Below, piece after piece: positions 16,473-25,332 of a stretch of 46,278 nucleotides of DNA (the stretch's first letter is position 1; each line of letters opens with the position of its first letter). The stretch covers positions 1 through 46,278 of IMG/VR virus record IMGVR_UViG_3300048854_000099; one strand, given 5' to 3'. The notes under the pieces were generated by a model that saw only the letters and a list, made by a program, of their open reading frames with translations, was not told the origin of the DNA and searched no databases. The stretch is from a virus. Its lineage: Duplodnaviria; Caudoviricetes. Position numbers and translations under genes: made by a program.

Positions 16473-16920
16473 GCTCACCTACCAACAGAAGCTCGACGCG
16501 CTCTCATATCGTTTTTATCAGGGCGCTCAGTGGAGCCCGAAGGCCGGCGATTTTTATACAACGAGCCGCGCGGACCTAGAACTTTATCAGGTCGTCTCGG
16601 TCGAAGACGGCATTGTTCGGACGCGTTTCACAGAAGGATCAGAAGCCATTGCCGAGTGGCCGGAACCGGAGTTTCTGACTGGCGGCTTCGGCCCGAAGCG
16701 CGTCTTTGTTCCAGAGTGGGTATACCCCACCCCCGCACCGAATGAGGAGCTTATCCGCGATCTGGTGAAGGCGCTAGAATCGGCCAAAGAACTAGCCACC
16801 GTGGCTGAAGGCATGACGAGTTGCCAGGCTGACGATGATTTTGTTTGGGGCATTCAGGCCAAGATCAATGATGCCCTCACCCGTGCCGCCCTCTCTGCCA
16901 CAGCGACGGAGGGCAAGTAA
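16465..16920 (+). CDS. Hypothetical protein
   Basis: Start MAKLTYQQK after GGAGG; W.PKAGDFYTTSRADLELYQV. Confidence 0.75.
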   Translation: MAKLTYQQKLDALSYRFYQGAQWSPKAGDFYTTSRADLELYQVVSVEDGIVRTRFTEGSEAIAEWPEPEFLTGGFGPKRVFVPEWVYPTPAPNEELIRDLVKALESAKELATVAEGMTSCQADDDFVWGIQAKINDALTRAALSATATEGK

Positions 16921-17115
16921 ATGGGTGATTGGATTGATCTAGACGGCTTGGGTCGCCCGGCAGATTTGCCGGAATCATTTGACCTAAAACTTCGCGACGG
17001 GCGAATTCGTAAAAACTTCCGTAGCGAAGGTGTGCCGATGGAAAGCTGGCTACACAAATTTGGAAAACTCGATCTGGTCGCTTATCGAGATGCAACCGCC
17101 CTCACCCGTGCCGCC
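16873..17115 (+). repeat. 18-bp direct repeat GCCCTCACCCGTGCCGCC (16873-16890 and 17098-17115)
   Basis: Exact match; encodes ALTRAA near the C-termini of two adjacent genes. Confidence 0.85.
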
Positions 17116-17142
17116 GAAGCTGGATATGGAGAAACGCCATGA
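16921..17142 (+). CDS. Hypothetical protein
   Basis: GGAGG RBS; MGDWIDLDGLGRP....KLRDG...DLVAYR small phage module. Confidence 0.7.
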   Translation: MGDWIDLDGLGRPADLPESFDLKLRDGRIRKNFRSEGVPMESWLHKFGKLDLVAYRDATALTRAAEAGYGETP

Positions 17143-17564
17143 CCCTATCCGAACTCATTAAAGCTCTTGAAACAGCCGATGGACCAAGCCTGCATATGGA
17201 TGGGGTGCTCTGGTGCGTTGCCAATGGATACGAATTCATCGAATGGAACACAACTGGATGCGTTTATCGCGGCGGATCGGACAACCGTGTATATCGCGCT
17301 GATTCTACCACGGTAAGACCGTACACCGCCTCTGTAGACGCCGCTATAGCCCTGTGCGAGCGCGTTTTACCGGGATGGCGGTTGGGTATCACTCAAGGGG
17401 ATGATGACGAAAATAGCATTGATTTTCAAGGGAACGTTTGGCCTGGCGAGCAGCCATTCCTTCTGGAACTTGAGCAGTATGGCTATCACAAAATGCCAGC
17501 GATCGCACTCTGCATCGCCATCCTCCGCGCCCGTCTTTCTCAGGATGGAGGCGGCGATGAGTGA
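17139..17564 (+). CDS. Hypothetical phage protein
   Basis: LI..LE.A.GPS..., YTASVDAAIAL.ERVLPGW, PAIALCIAILRA. Confidence 0.75.
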   Translation: MTLSELIKALETADGPSLHMDGVLWCVANGYEFIEWNTTGCVYRGGSDNRVYRADSTTVRPYTASVDAAIALCERVLPGWRLGITQGDDDENSIDFQGNVWPGEQPFLLELEQYGYHKMPAIALCIAILRARLSQDGGGDE

Positions 17565-18000
17565 TCTGGTCGATATCCTGTCCGAGATCGACGCGGTTCT
17601 ACCGCTGGCGACGCAAGGGCCGTGGTGGTATGTTGAGCAACAGGGAGGAGCTTCAACTAATCCAAGCCCTTGCGCCTTCTTGTGCGGGCCAACTCGGGTC
17701 ATTGCCGGAGACGGCAAATCTATTGGCTACCTCCCTGGTGACGCGCGCTACATCGCGGCTGTTGAACCATCAAGCATGCGGCTTGTCCTTGCCGAAATCC
17801 TCCGCCTTCAGGAAGAGAACGCGCGCATCCGAAGCGAGACGATCGAGGAGATCGCGGCTCGTATGCAATTGACGGCAGATCGCCTCCGTAGATCAGCCAT
17901 CGAAACTTGGAGCGTCATGGATAGCGCTTGCTACAGGGCAATCCGCGACGAAATTACCGCCATCCGCGCTCTTCCTATCGATAAAGGGGTGGAGGGATGA
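17557..18000 (+). CDS. Ead/Ea22-like protein
   Basis: ATQGPW ... DARYIAAVEP....LLAEI-type pattern; GGAGG RBS. Confidence 0.65.
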   Translation: MSDLVDILSEIDAVLPLATQGPWWYVEQQGGASTNPSPCAFLCGPTRVIAGDGKSIGYLPGDARYIAAVEPSSMRLVLAEILRLQEENARIRSETIEEIAARMQLTADRLRRSAIETWSVMDSACYRAIRDEITAIRALPIDKGVEG

Positions 18001-18203
18001 AGGACGGCACCAGCATGGCGGAGATGGTCCGCTTCGTTGCCGACGCCATGAAGCTGAAGGCGAGGATGATCGCCCGAGGCCAGACAGCGGTGAAGGTGAA
18101 GTGCGGCAAGTGCAGCGGCTACCTTCATGCGTCTATCGTCGGCAAGAAGAACCACATTCATCTGCATTGCGATGGGCCGTGCCAACGGCGGATGGTGGAG
18201 TGA
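17997..18203 (+). CDS. Small zinc-ribbon protein
   Basis: CGKC...HIHLHC..PC; ATGA coupling. Confidence 0.65.
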   Translation: MKDGTSMAEMVRFVADAMKLKARMIARGQTAVKVKCGKCSGYLHASIVGKKNHIHLHCDGPCQRRMVE

Positions 18204-18487
18204 TGGCAGACATAATCGATGCGAAGAACAAGTTCCTGATCGACCCTGATAATGTCGAGGTAAAAGATTCGGGGATTTTTGAGTGCAAGGACAGGCCCGT
18301 TCCCTATGTGCAGAGATGGGGCATCCAATGTCCGTCGTGCGGGGAGCACATGGACTATGAGCCGGAGGAGAGCGAACCGGGGCGGTTCGTCATGGATCCT
18401 GCGGAGTGGCCGGTTTGCGAATGCGGGTGCATGTTCGAACCGGCGGCTGTCTGGGTCAGGACGCGGGGTTCGGACCCGCGGACCTGA
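18203..18487 (+). CDS. Zn-finger hypothetical protein
   Basis: Start MADIIDAK by TGATG; CPSC and CECGC. Confidence 0.65.
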   Translation: MADIIDAKNKFLIDPDNVEVKDSGIFECKDRPVPYVQRWGIQCPSCGEHMDYEPEESEPGRFVMDPAEWPVCECGCMFEPAAVWVRTRGSDPRT

Positions 18488-18490
18488 GAC

Positions 18491-18820
18491 TTACTTCCGG
18501 CGCTCCAGTTCCCTTTGGATCCGGAGTTCTTCGCGGACACGGTCGAGTTCCGTGGCCATATGGCGTTGATTTTCGGCCATTTCCTCGCCGACCTTGACCA
18601 GCATCAGAAGCGACTTGGTGAGCTCCATGGCCTGTTCGGTCAGCTTGTTCAGCGCCGTGGGGTCGACGATCACGGCGGCTACCTGGGCGGCGGCGGCGTT
18701 ATTCACCGGGGTGGACTTCTCGCCGGAGATCAGGCCGAGATATCGAACTCCGAATATAAGGGCCAAGCCGAGACCGAAGGCGACAAGCGCAGTCGGCGGC
18801 AGATTAGCGAGTTCTTCCAT
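18491..18820 (-). CDS. Single-TM coiled-coil protein, possibly lysis-associated
   Basis: Start MEELANLP; N-terminal TM followed by coiled coil. Confidence 0.65.
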   Translation of the reverse strand: MEELANLPPTALVAFGLGLALIFGVRYLGLISGEKSTPVNNAAAAQVAAVIVDPTALNKLTEQAMELTKSLLMLVKVGEEMAENQRHMATELDRVREELRIQRELERRK

Positions 18821-19259
18821 TCCTTGCTTCCCCTTGGTCATGTGCAGCACGGTGGATGTTGACGAGCTCGCCCACCGCAAACAGCGGATAGATGGCGAGC
18901 CAGGTGCTCATGACATTCGAGGATGCATAGCAGTAAGTTATGCCGAGCCAGATCATGCAGCCAACGCCCGCCGACACCTGCCGGATAAGCGGCGTCACAT
19001 TCTTGCGGGCTCCGTTGACGATGAGACCGCTGGTTCTCAACAGCCCGAGGAAGATCATGATCCACCCCAGACTTTCACTCTCTCCGAACAATGCCCGGAA
19101 GCCGGTCCATGCCGCCTGGTCGAAGAGATCTTTGTTCAGGACAAGAACTAGTCCCCACATCGTCGTGTGGCCGGCGAGGAACCATTCTGTCATCCGGGGC
19201 CCAAAGCGATGCTGGATGCGAATCCAGATGCCTGGCCCGACATAAGCTTGGTCAGCCAT
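18804..19259 (-). CDS. Four-TM membrane protein, holin-like candidate
   Basis: Four hydrophobic segments; overlaps the downstream TM gene. Confidence 0.65.
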   Translation of the reverse strand: MADQAYVGPGIWIRIQHRFGPRMTEWFLAGHTTMWGLVLVLNKDLFDQAAWTGFRALFGESESLGWIMIFLGLLRTSGLIVNGARKNVTPLIRQVSAGVGCMIWLGITYCYASSNVMSTWLAIYPLFAVGELVNIHRAAHDQGEARNGRTR

Positions 19260-19325
19260 TCATTTTGATCTCGTTGTTTCAGGGGTGGAGTTGACTCCGC
19301 CGACTAATGGAGGCCTTCATCGCAC

Positions 19326-19559
19326 ATGGTCGACAATTCGACATGGGCCGGCATGAAGGCCATGGATCTGCGGATGGATATCTTCTGCTCGCACTGCGAG
19401 CGGATGGTGGAGATCGATATCGACAAGATGCCGCCAGAGGGGAAAGCGCTTGGCCGGCGCTGGCCGTGCAGCAAATGCGGGCGCGACGGCCAGGTCACGA
19501 TCAGCCATCGATCGGCGACCCGATCGGTTCCCGGCCTGCGCGGAAAGGTCTGGGGCTAA
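19326..19559 (+). CDS. Small zinc-ribbon protein on the strand opposite the late operon
   Basis: CSHC...CSKC; GGAGG upstream. Confidence 0.6.
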   Translation: MVDNSTWAGMKAMDLRMDIFCSHCERMVEIDIDKMPPEGKALGRRWPCSKCGRDGQVTISHRSATRSVPGLRGKVWG

Positions 19560-19563
19560 GGTA

Positions 19564-20733
19564 TCATGCGCCCAACAAATTTCGCTTAAATATTGGCATC
19601 GACGATAGCGCTCTAGCAAGACCTATGGAGGGCTTATCGATGAAACGAGTGAAGACGTCGGCAGCGGCAAGGGACGCAAGAAATGCAGTCATGAGCGTCA
19701 GCGGGAGCGGCTCATCCAGATAAGCCCCAATCCGCGCGCAGACCAGAAGAACGATGAAGTGGGTCAGGTAAAGGGGATAAGAAATATGCCCGAGCCATGT
19801 CAAAACGGGATGGTCTAAAACGGATTTGAACCTCGCTGAACCAAAACCTAGTGCTACCAAGAGACCGGCACCGATCCCAGACAAGAAATAATGCAGAACC
19901 GCTATCTCTGTAAAAAGCCAATTGGCCTCCAGCAAGCAACAGCAAATTGCCCATACGCAAAACAATTGCCATCCGTTGAGCATTGAGATCGTTTGCCTGA
20001 TATTATCCTTATAGATCGCAATGAACCCGCCAAGAATAAATAGCGGGAGGTATGAAAACGTCTGCAGCATGGACGCGAGAATTGACCACGACCCGATAGA
20101 ATAAAGCCAAGGGAAGACGGACCCTGGCACTACTAATAAAATTGCTGCGAAAACAGTGAACTTCGGAGCGCGCAACACTGCGAAAACTATCACAGGCATC
20201 ACCACGGATATTCTCATTTCATGGGTGAGTGACCACATAATCGGGTTAAGTGTAAGATCCGTCCGTTTTCCCGTCATCATAAACTGGCCGAATATAGTTT
20301 CGGGTGAAACAGATGAATTCGAGATTTCAGCCAACCAAGTGCTGTACTTATCATTCAACAAAAAATTATGCGTAAAAAACCAGGCGATAAGCATCAGTGC
20401 GATCGCGGCTGCAAAGGGCAGCCAAATGCGAACTACCCTTTTTAATAGATATGAGGCGTAAGGCATAGGTTTGTTGTTGATTGCAAGCGTGAGGACAAAC
20501 CCGCTTAGAACAAAGAACACCAAAACAGCGGCTGGGCCATCCCAAAATAAATGCAGAACCGAAAACGAGATGAAATGCTTCCACTCTAGGCTAAATTTGT
20601 GGACGGCACTGTGGTCCGCCCACAATAGTTCGGCAAATCCGGGGATCGAAAGAACCAAGTGATTAAGAAGAACGGTGAGCGCGGCAAGCCCGCGCAAAGA
20701 ATCTAATGATGTAAATCGATCTTGGCTTTTCAC
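19564..20733 (-). CDS. Acyltransferase family 3 (OafA/Oac-like surface polysaccharide O-acyltransferase), moron
   Basis: LDSLRGLAAL.V..NH, VLVFFVLSGFVL, KRVVRIW, WSLTHE, LG.ISYPLYL.H; about 10 TM segments; visibly AT-richer DNA. Confidence 0.93.
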   Translation of the reverse strand: MKSQDRFTSLDSLRGLAALTVLLNHLVLSIPGFAELLWADHSAVHKFSLEWKHFISFSVLHLFWDGPAAVLVFFVLSGFVLTLAINNKPMPYASYLLKRVVRIWLPFAAAIALMLIAWFFTHNFLLNDKYSTWLAEISNSSVSPETIFGQFMMTGKRTDLTLNPIMWSLTHEMRISVVMPVIVFAVLRAPKFTVFAAILLVVPGSVFPWLYSIGSWSILASMLQTFSYLPLFILGGFIAIYKDNIRQTISMLNGWQLFCVWAICCCLLEANWLFTEIAVLHYFLSGIGAGLLVALGFGSARFKSVLDHPVLTWLGHISYPLYLTHFIVLLVCARIGAYLDEPLPLTLMTAFLASLAAADVFTRFIDKPSIGLARALSSMPIFKRNLLGA

Positions 20734-20810
20734 GCGCGCCCCCGCCTTGCAACAACTTCATGTATGTTACATGCCCGGTGGGGGGATTACAACTTCTGAG
20801 CGGGAATCCT

Positions 20811-21053
20811 CTAGCTTCGCGAAATGATGACAAGATCGCCTGATGCGATCCATCCTCTCGGGTAACGCTCACCTTTCCAATCTTCGAGACTGCAGGCGAA
20901 CTCTCCATCATGGTATGGCTTTCGATGTTCGATCTCGAATTCCGCGACAGCCTTGACCTTTCGGCCGTTCCAACGAAGGATTTCAATCCGGGGCACGAAA
21001 TCGGCCCCGGATCTGATTTTCACGACAGCTTCAAACTCATCATATTGCTGCAT
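20811..21053 (-). CDS. Hypothetical protein
   Basis: Start MQQYDEFE after GGAGG. Confidence 0.6.
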   Translation of the reverse strand: MQQYDEFEAVVKIRSGADFVPRIEILRWNGRKVKAVAEFEIEHRKPYHDGEFACSLEDWKGERYPRGWIASGDLVIISRS

Positions 21054-21088
21054 TTTACCTCCAATCAGTTGGGCGAGGAAAGGCAGCG

Positions 21089-22888
21089 TCAACCAAGCGC
21101 GTTGGCGATAAGCTGGTGCATCCATGAGGTCGGGTGCGTCTTATCGTTTGTCGGGCCATTGGCAACGGGTACGCCAGCATTTGAGAGGACGTTCCACTTC
21201 CCCGTTTCGCTTGCAGACGATCCGGTGTATCCGGATTCAGCCGCAAGGCAGAGATCGAGCGCAGGCAGATCGTAGAACCCGGCATTTGGAGGAGCCCTGT
21301 TGAAGGCGTTGATCCATGTCCTGACGGCGTTCGGCACACCGAAATTGGTAGTCGGTGTTTGCGCCGAGAGACTGGTATATTTCGTATCGGCAAGGATTGT
21401 ACCGGTGGCTGGAGACGAGCCGGGAGCGCTTCCTGCGGTATAGGAAATAGTCGTGGCATCAACGATGTGAACTGCGAACGTGCCGTTGTACGCGGCAGGG
21501 GATGCGCCGGAAATCGCGATGTTCTGGCCTTCAGTCAGAACCGACGTGTCAGGCACATTGCCGGTGCAGGTTGTCCCTGACGATGTGAGGTTTGTGACAG
21601 ATATCGTTGAGGCGGCGTCTGGCGTGCAGGTCGCCGGCAGGATCTTCGCGGTTGGCACAACCGCCCTGATCTGATCGACGGTTGCCATCGCGAGCCCGAC
21701 GACGGAAGCGGCCAGGTCGGATTGTCCGCCGTTGACGCGCGTCCCGATGTAATCCCATACGACCGTTCCATCAACGATGCCCTTTCCAGTCCCGACAGGC
21801 GCTGTCGAACCTGATGTTCCACCCGTACGCGCCATGTAGTACCGCGAGCCCCCAGCGAGCTTCACTGCGTACTTCGCGTAGACTGTGTTTGCCGCCCAAC
21901 CCGTAACACCAGACACCCCGCCGCTGATATCGTTGTGCGGATTGCCGGTCATGATGTGGGTCGGGTTCGCGAGGGCTATGCCCTGCAAGCGGTATTTCAT
22001 GGCACCGGATAGAGACCTGAACTTGTCGCCATCCGATCCCTTCGAAAGGTTCACATAGCTCTTGCCTTTGCCATACAGCCAGCGAGAGGCGTATCCGGCA
22101 TTGCCAAACTGGTCGCCGCGAACATCGCCGAATGTGCCAGAACCACCGGATCCCTCGCCAACGCCGGCACCGATCGAATTATCGAGGATGACCCAACGTT
22201 CGGCGTCCTGCGGGTGAGGAATAAGGATCATGCACGGGGTCAACGGGAACGACACGCCCGATTGAGCAGCCGTGAACGCGCTATATGATGCTCCGGTATT
22301 CGCATAATTGGATGCGATCAGCGACGATGTCGCCGTTGTCTGACCTTCGAAGCGGTTGATGAAGCTCGAATTTCCGAGCCCCGAGATGATCAGCTTGTTC
22401 GTGACGCCGCCGCTGCGGCCGGCTACGCATTCATGCGTAGTATGCAGCCCGAACTTCGTGTTGGCCGCAACCGTTTGGCCGACAAGGAGTTCGTCCGATA
22501 CTGCATAGGCCAGAGGCGGCTCTAACCCGTTATGCGAATAGGTTTCGACGCCGGAAAACAGGAATGGCTTGCGAGCCCCGAGGCCCGTGAGGCTCTGGAC
22601 AAACGGAAATTCAAGAGCGCACTGGAAGTCATAGGCTTCGGGAATAAGCGTCTCTATGACGCCTGTATAAAACCACAGGGGGATTGCGATCTTGATCCGG
22701 TCGAAAGCGTATGGAGCGTAATGGCCGGTCTTGACGGTGGCGGCCCATTGAGCGGCGCCGGTCGAACTGAGAACATTATCAGCCCTGAGCCCGGTGCCCG
22801 TGGCGGCGTAAACGGCTTCCCCACCCCCACCCTGTCTTGCAGCGGCAGTGGTGAGCCTGCCCATGCTCATAGATAGAAGAGAGGTCAT
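21089..22888 (-). CDS. SGNH/GDSL-like esterase with inserted carbohydrate-binding-like domains; candidate tailspike/receptor-modifying protein
   Basis: Block I-like ILDNSIGAG, block II VNLSKGS, block III HNDI, block V DKTHP; inserts WAANTVY...YY.A...GTSG.TAP...DGTVVW.YIG and a beta-rich YNGTF domain. Confidence 0.7.
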   Translation of the reverse strand: MTSLLSMSMGRLTTAAARQGGGGEAVYAATGTGLRADNVLSSTGAAQWAATVKTGHYAPYAFDRIKIAIPLWFYTGVIETLIPEAYDFQCALEFPFVQSLTGLGARKPFLFSGVETYSHNGLEPPLAYAVSDELLVGQTVAANTKFGLHTTHECVAGRSGGVTNKLIISGLGNSSFINRFEGQTTATSSLIASNYANTGASYSAFTAAQSGVSFPLTPCMILIPHPQDAERWVILDNSIGAGVGEGSGGSGTFGDVRGDQFGNAGYASRWLYGKGKSYVNLSKGSDGDKFRSLSGAMKYRLQGIALANPTHIMTGNPHNDISGGVSGVTGWAANTVYAKYAVKLAGGSRYYMARTGGTSGSTAPVGTGKGIVDGTVVWDYIGTRVNGGQSDLAASVVGLAMATVDQIRAVVPTAKILPATCTPDAASTISVTNLTSSGTTCTGNVPDTSVLTEGQNIAISGASPAAYNGTFAVHIVDATTISYTAGSAPGSSPATGTILADTKYTSLSAQTPTTNFGVPNAVRTWINAFNRAPPNAGFYDLPALDLCLAAESGYTGSSASETGKWNVLSNAGVPVANGPTNDKTHPTSWMHQLIANALG

Positions 22889-22889
22889 A

Positions 22890-23288
22890 TCAGGCTCCGA
22901 GATCGCCGATGAGAAGGGCCTGCGCAGCGGCCCCGCCGACGTTGTCGGTGATGAGAACCGTGAAGTAGGACTTCTGCTTTCTGGACTTCAGGTAGCCGTC
23001 AACGCTGTCCACGGCACCGCCGGTCTGCGCCTGCACCGTGATCCGGCCGGCCGCTCCCTGGATGATCGCGCAAGCGAATCCCTGCGGTAAGCTGTTTGGA
23101 ATTGTGAGCAAGACCGATGCGGCATCGTTCAGACGAAGGATCTGACCGTTGTCGGAGGCCTGAAGGGTATAGGCTGCCGTCACCTTTACAGGCGTGGTCG
23201 GGTTCGGGATACGGCCAAAGATAGCCGCCTCGAGCGCGGTCTGATCCGCGCCGGGATTGGTGAGGTAGTCGACAAGAGTGCGGCTCAT
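22890..23288 (-). CDS. Hypothetical structural/adaptor protein (tail-fibre-like beta domain)
   Basis: TAAYTLQASDNG..L......LTIP..LP.GF...IIQ..AG.ITV...W-less GDL ending typical of fibre-tip modules. Confidence 0.6.
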   Translation of the reverse strand: MSRTLVDYLTNPGADQTALEAAIFGRIPNPTTPVKVTAAYTLQASDNGQILRLNDAASVLLTIPNSLPQGFACAIIQGAAGRITVQAQTGGAVDSVDGYLKSRKQKSYFTVLITDNVGGAAAQALLIGDLGA

Positions 23289-23644
23289 TGGGTCGCCCTT
23301 TCTTGGGTGGCCAGCAGTTGATCGATCACACCGCCGTCGCCATTACAGCGCCGGGTCCGTGCGTTTTGCTTGTTGAGTTGGTTTCCCTCTTTGGCGAGGA
23401 GATCCCAGGGATTGGCGCCCCTCGGGATTTCGACATGGGGCTCTTCGACCTTGCAGTCGGCGGGCTGCTTCGGGGCCGACAGAACCGCCTTGAGCTTCCC
23501 GAGGTCCGTCGCCGAGCTATTTATGGATGCGGAATCCTTGTCGAGACAGGATTGCAGCGGTGCCATCATCGAGAGAAGGAGGAGCAGGCACGCCGGCTTT
23601 CTTGCGAAGGGCGGCGTTCTCAGCAATTTCTTTGTTGAGGTCAT
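23285..23644 (-). CDS. o-spanin (Rz1-like lipoprotein)
   Basis: Basic N-region, hydrophobic stretch, lipobox LQSC; overlaps the i-spanin 3' end; Pro-rich mature part. Confidence 0.7.
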   Translation of the reverse strand: MTSTKKLLRTPPFARKPACLLLLLSMMAPLQSCLDKDSASINSSATDLGKLKAVLSAPKQPADCKVEEPHVEIPRGANPWDLLAKEGNQLNKQNARTRRCNGDGGVIDQLLATQERATQ

Positions 23645-24041
23645 CGGTCTTTTTCGCTTCGGCTGCCTGCGAGTTCGTGAGCAGCGTTTTGTAGCCGGCG
23701 GCGACGATCGCCACCTTCACGTCGTATTCCTTCTCAGCGGTCAATTTTGCCGCCGCTGTGATCATTTCAGACTGGATGGCGAAGGTGTGTTTCGCACCGG
23801 CGACGGCTTCGTCGACCTTGACGTGGATCTTGCCTTCAATGATGGGGCCGATCCACGGGATCTTGTCGACCAGCCAGACATTCCTGAGCATGGGGATCCC
23901 TTCGTAGTGAAGGATGGTCCCACCCCAGAGGAGGGCGAGGACGATCACCAGGATCCCGGCGATGCCCCACCGCTTCCAGACATCGGAGAAGACGGCGCCG
24001 GCAGCGTCCAGGAACGGTTCGAAGAAGAGGAGGATGCTCAT
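23517..24041 (-). CDS. i-spanin (Rz-like)
   Basis: N-terminal TM + helical periplasmic part; downstream of endolysin/holin; overlapping lipoprotein gene. Confidence 0.7.
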   Translation of the reverse strand: MSILLFFEPFLDAAGAVFSDVWKRWGIAGILVIVLALLWGGTILHYEGIPMLRNVWLVDKIPWIGPIIEGKIHVKVDEAVAGAKHTFAIQSEMITAAAKLTAEKEYDVKVAIVAAGYKTLLTNSQAAEAKKTDDLNKEIAENAALRKKAGVPAPPSLDDGTAAILSRQGFRIHK

Positions 24042-24382
24042 TGCTGCGCTCCTCCATCAGCCGGCGGCGGCGGCGCGCTATCGGCGGCGACAGAAACCGC
24101 CGGTACCGCATATGGCCGTCCGGTGCCGGTGCGCCAGATCGCGATGATGTCCTGAATGGTCGCCAAGCCCGAGAACGTGGCGACGCAGAAGGCCAGGAGA
24201 TAGACCAGATACTTGGCCAGCATCTTCTTCGTGTCGGGTTCCGTCGTCGGATCGTTGATGACGGTGTGGACTTCCCAGGCAGCCCAGACGACGGTCGGTA
24301 GGACGATGAGCCTGCGGATCGCCCATCGCGGTTCGCCAGTATGTTTTGTTACCGGCACGGCCGGCGCTGCGGGGGCCGGCAT
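24038..24382 (-). CDS. Putative holin (two TM segments)
   Basis: Two hydrophobic helices; position in the lysis cassette. Confidence 0.6.
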   Translation of the reverse strand: MPAPAAPAVPVTKHTGEPRWAIRRLIVLPTVVWAAWEVHTVINDPTTEPDTKKMLAKYLVYLLAFCVATFSGLATIQDIIAIWRTGTGRPYAVPAVSVAADSAPPPPADGGAQQ

Positions 24383-24383
24383 G

Positions 24384-24698
24384 TCAGGCCAGCATCATGC
24401 TTGGCGTCGACCCGGCGGTGGCCGCGAAGGTGTAGGGGATACCAGCTTTCAGCTTTCGCCCGGTTGTCGCGCTGACGTTCCCGTTGAAAAGGACGCGGAT
24501 ATCGACGTCGGCCAGGATCTCCCAGATCTGGCCATTGGCGTTGGCCGCAATAGCCGGCGTGACGCCGTCGGGCAATTTGGGAATGGTCGGCGTCGAGGTC
24601 ACCGTCGCGTCAAGATTTGCGTCGGGAATGTCGCGAGTCAATGGCAGGACGATCACCCCAACGGAACGCTGGGAGAGCACGATATTCACATTCGTCAT
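24384..24698 (-). CDS. Hypothetical beta-rich protein within the lysis cassette
   Basis: Start MTNVNIVLS after AAGGA. Confidence 0.65.
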   Translation of the reverse strand: MTNVNIVLSQRSVGVIVLPLTRDIPDANLDATVTSTPTIPKLPDGVTPAIAANANGQIWEILADVDIRVLFNGNVSATTGRKLKAGIPYTFAATAGSTPSMMLA

Positions 24699-24708
24699 CG
24701 GAAGATCC

Positions 24709-25224
24709 TTAAGCGGCTGCTTTGCCTGTTGCTCGGACAGATGCCACCCTGGATTTCCATCCATTTCCAAAGTGGGACCATGTAGGGAGAGCCTGGAGAA
24801 ACTTCAGTCTCTCATCGCAGATGGCATCGATAAGTTTGCGCTTGTCGGCTACAGCTGCGGCCGCCGAAAGCGTCTTGGGACCGATCTGGCCGTCATCATC
24901 CACTCCAAGAGCGCGCTGAAGCCACTTCGACGACTGGCTAACGCCAGAATTCACGCTTCCATCGAAAACGATATACGAGACGCCAGCAGGCAGCTGATCG
25001 CATTTAGCGGCATCCCAGTAGTTGGCACGGTAGATCGCTCTCACCTCGGCGTCAGAAATGAATCTGACGGATTGGAGAGGCTGGGTGTTGCAGCTGCGAT
25101 AACTGTCATACACGGCTTGGGTGATGCCCTTGTTGGTCGCGCCGCCAGGATCCTTCGGATCATTGGAAAAACCACCCTCGCTCTGCAAAACATTTGCCAA
25201 TGAAAAACTGAATTGGTCGGTCAC
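24709..25224 (-). CDS. Endolysin, glycoside hydrolase family 108 with peptidoglycan-binding domain
   Basis: EGGFSNDPKDPGGATNKGIT, FD..VNSG, LQRALGV..DG.IGP.T, FG.GW..RV; GTG start after GAGGA. Confidence 0.93.
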   Translation of the reverse strand: MTDQFSFSLANVLQSEGGFSNDPKDPGGATNKGITQAVYDSYRSCNTQPLQSVRFISDAEVRAIYRANYWDAAKCDQLPAGVSYIVFDGSVNSGVSQSSKWLQRALGVDDDGQIGPKTLSAAAAVADKRKLIDAICDERLKFLQALPTWSHFGNGWKSRVASVRATGKAAA

Positions 25225-25332
25225 GCTATGATCCTCTGGCAGGTGGTGATACGACTTGGGTAGTCGTTCAAACCACAGTTGAAAGGTCTTCTGATGTGCG
25301 CTTTGGTGAGGTCGGATGCCTATCGAGAGAGA

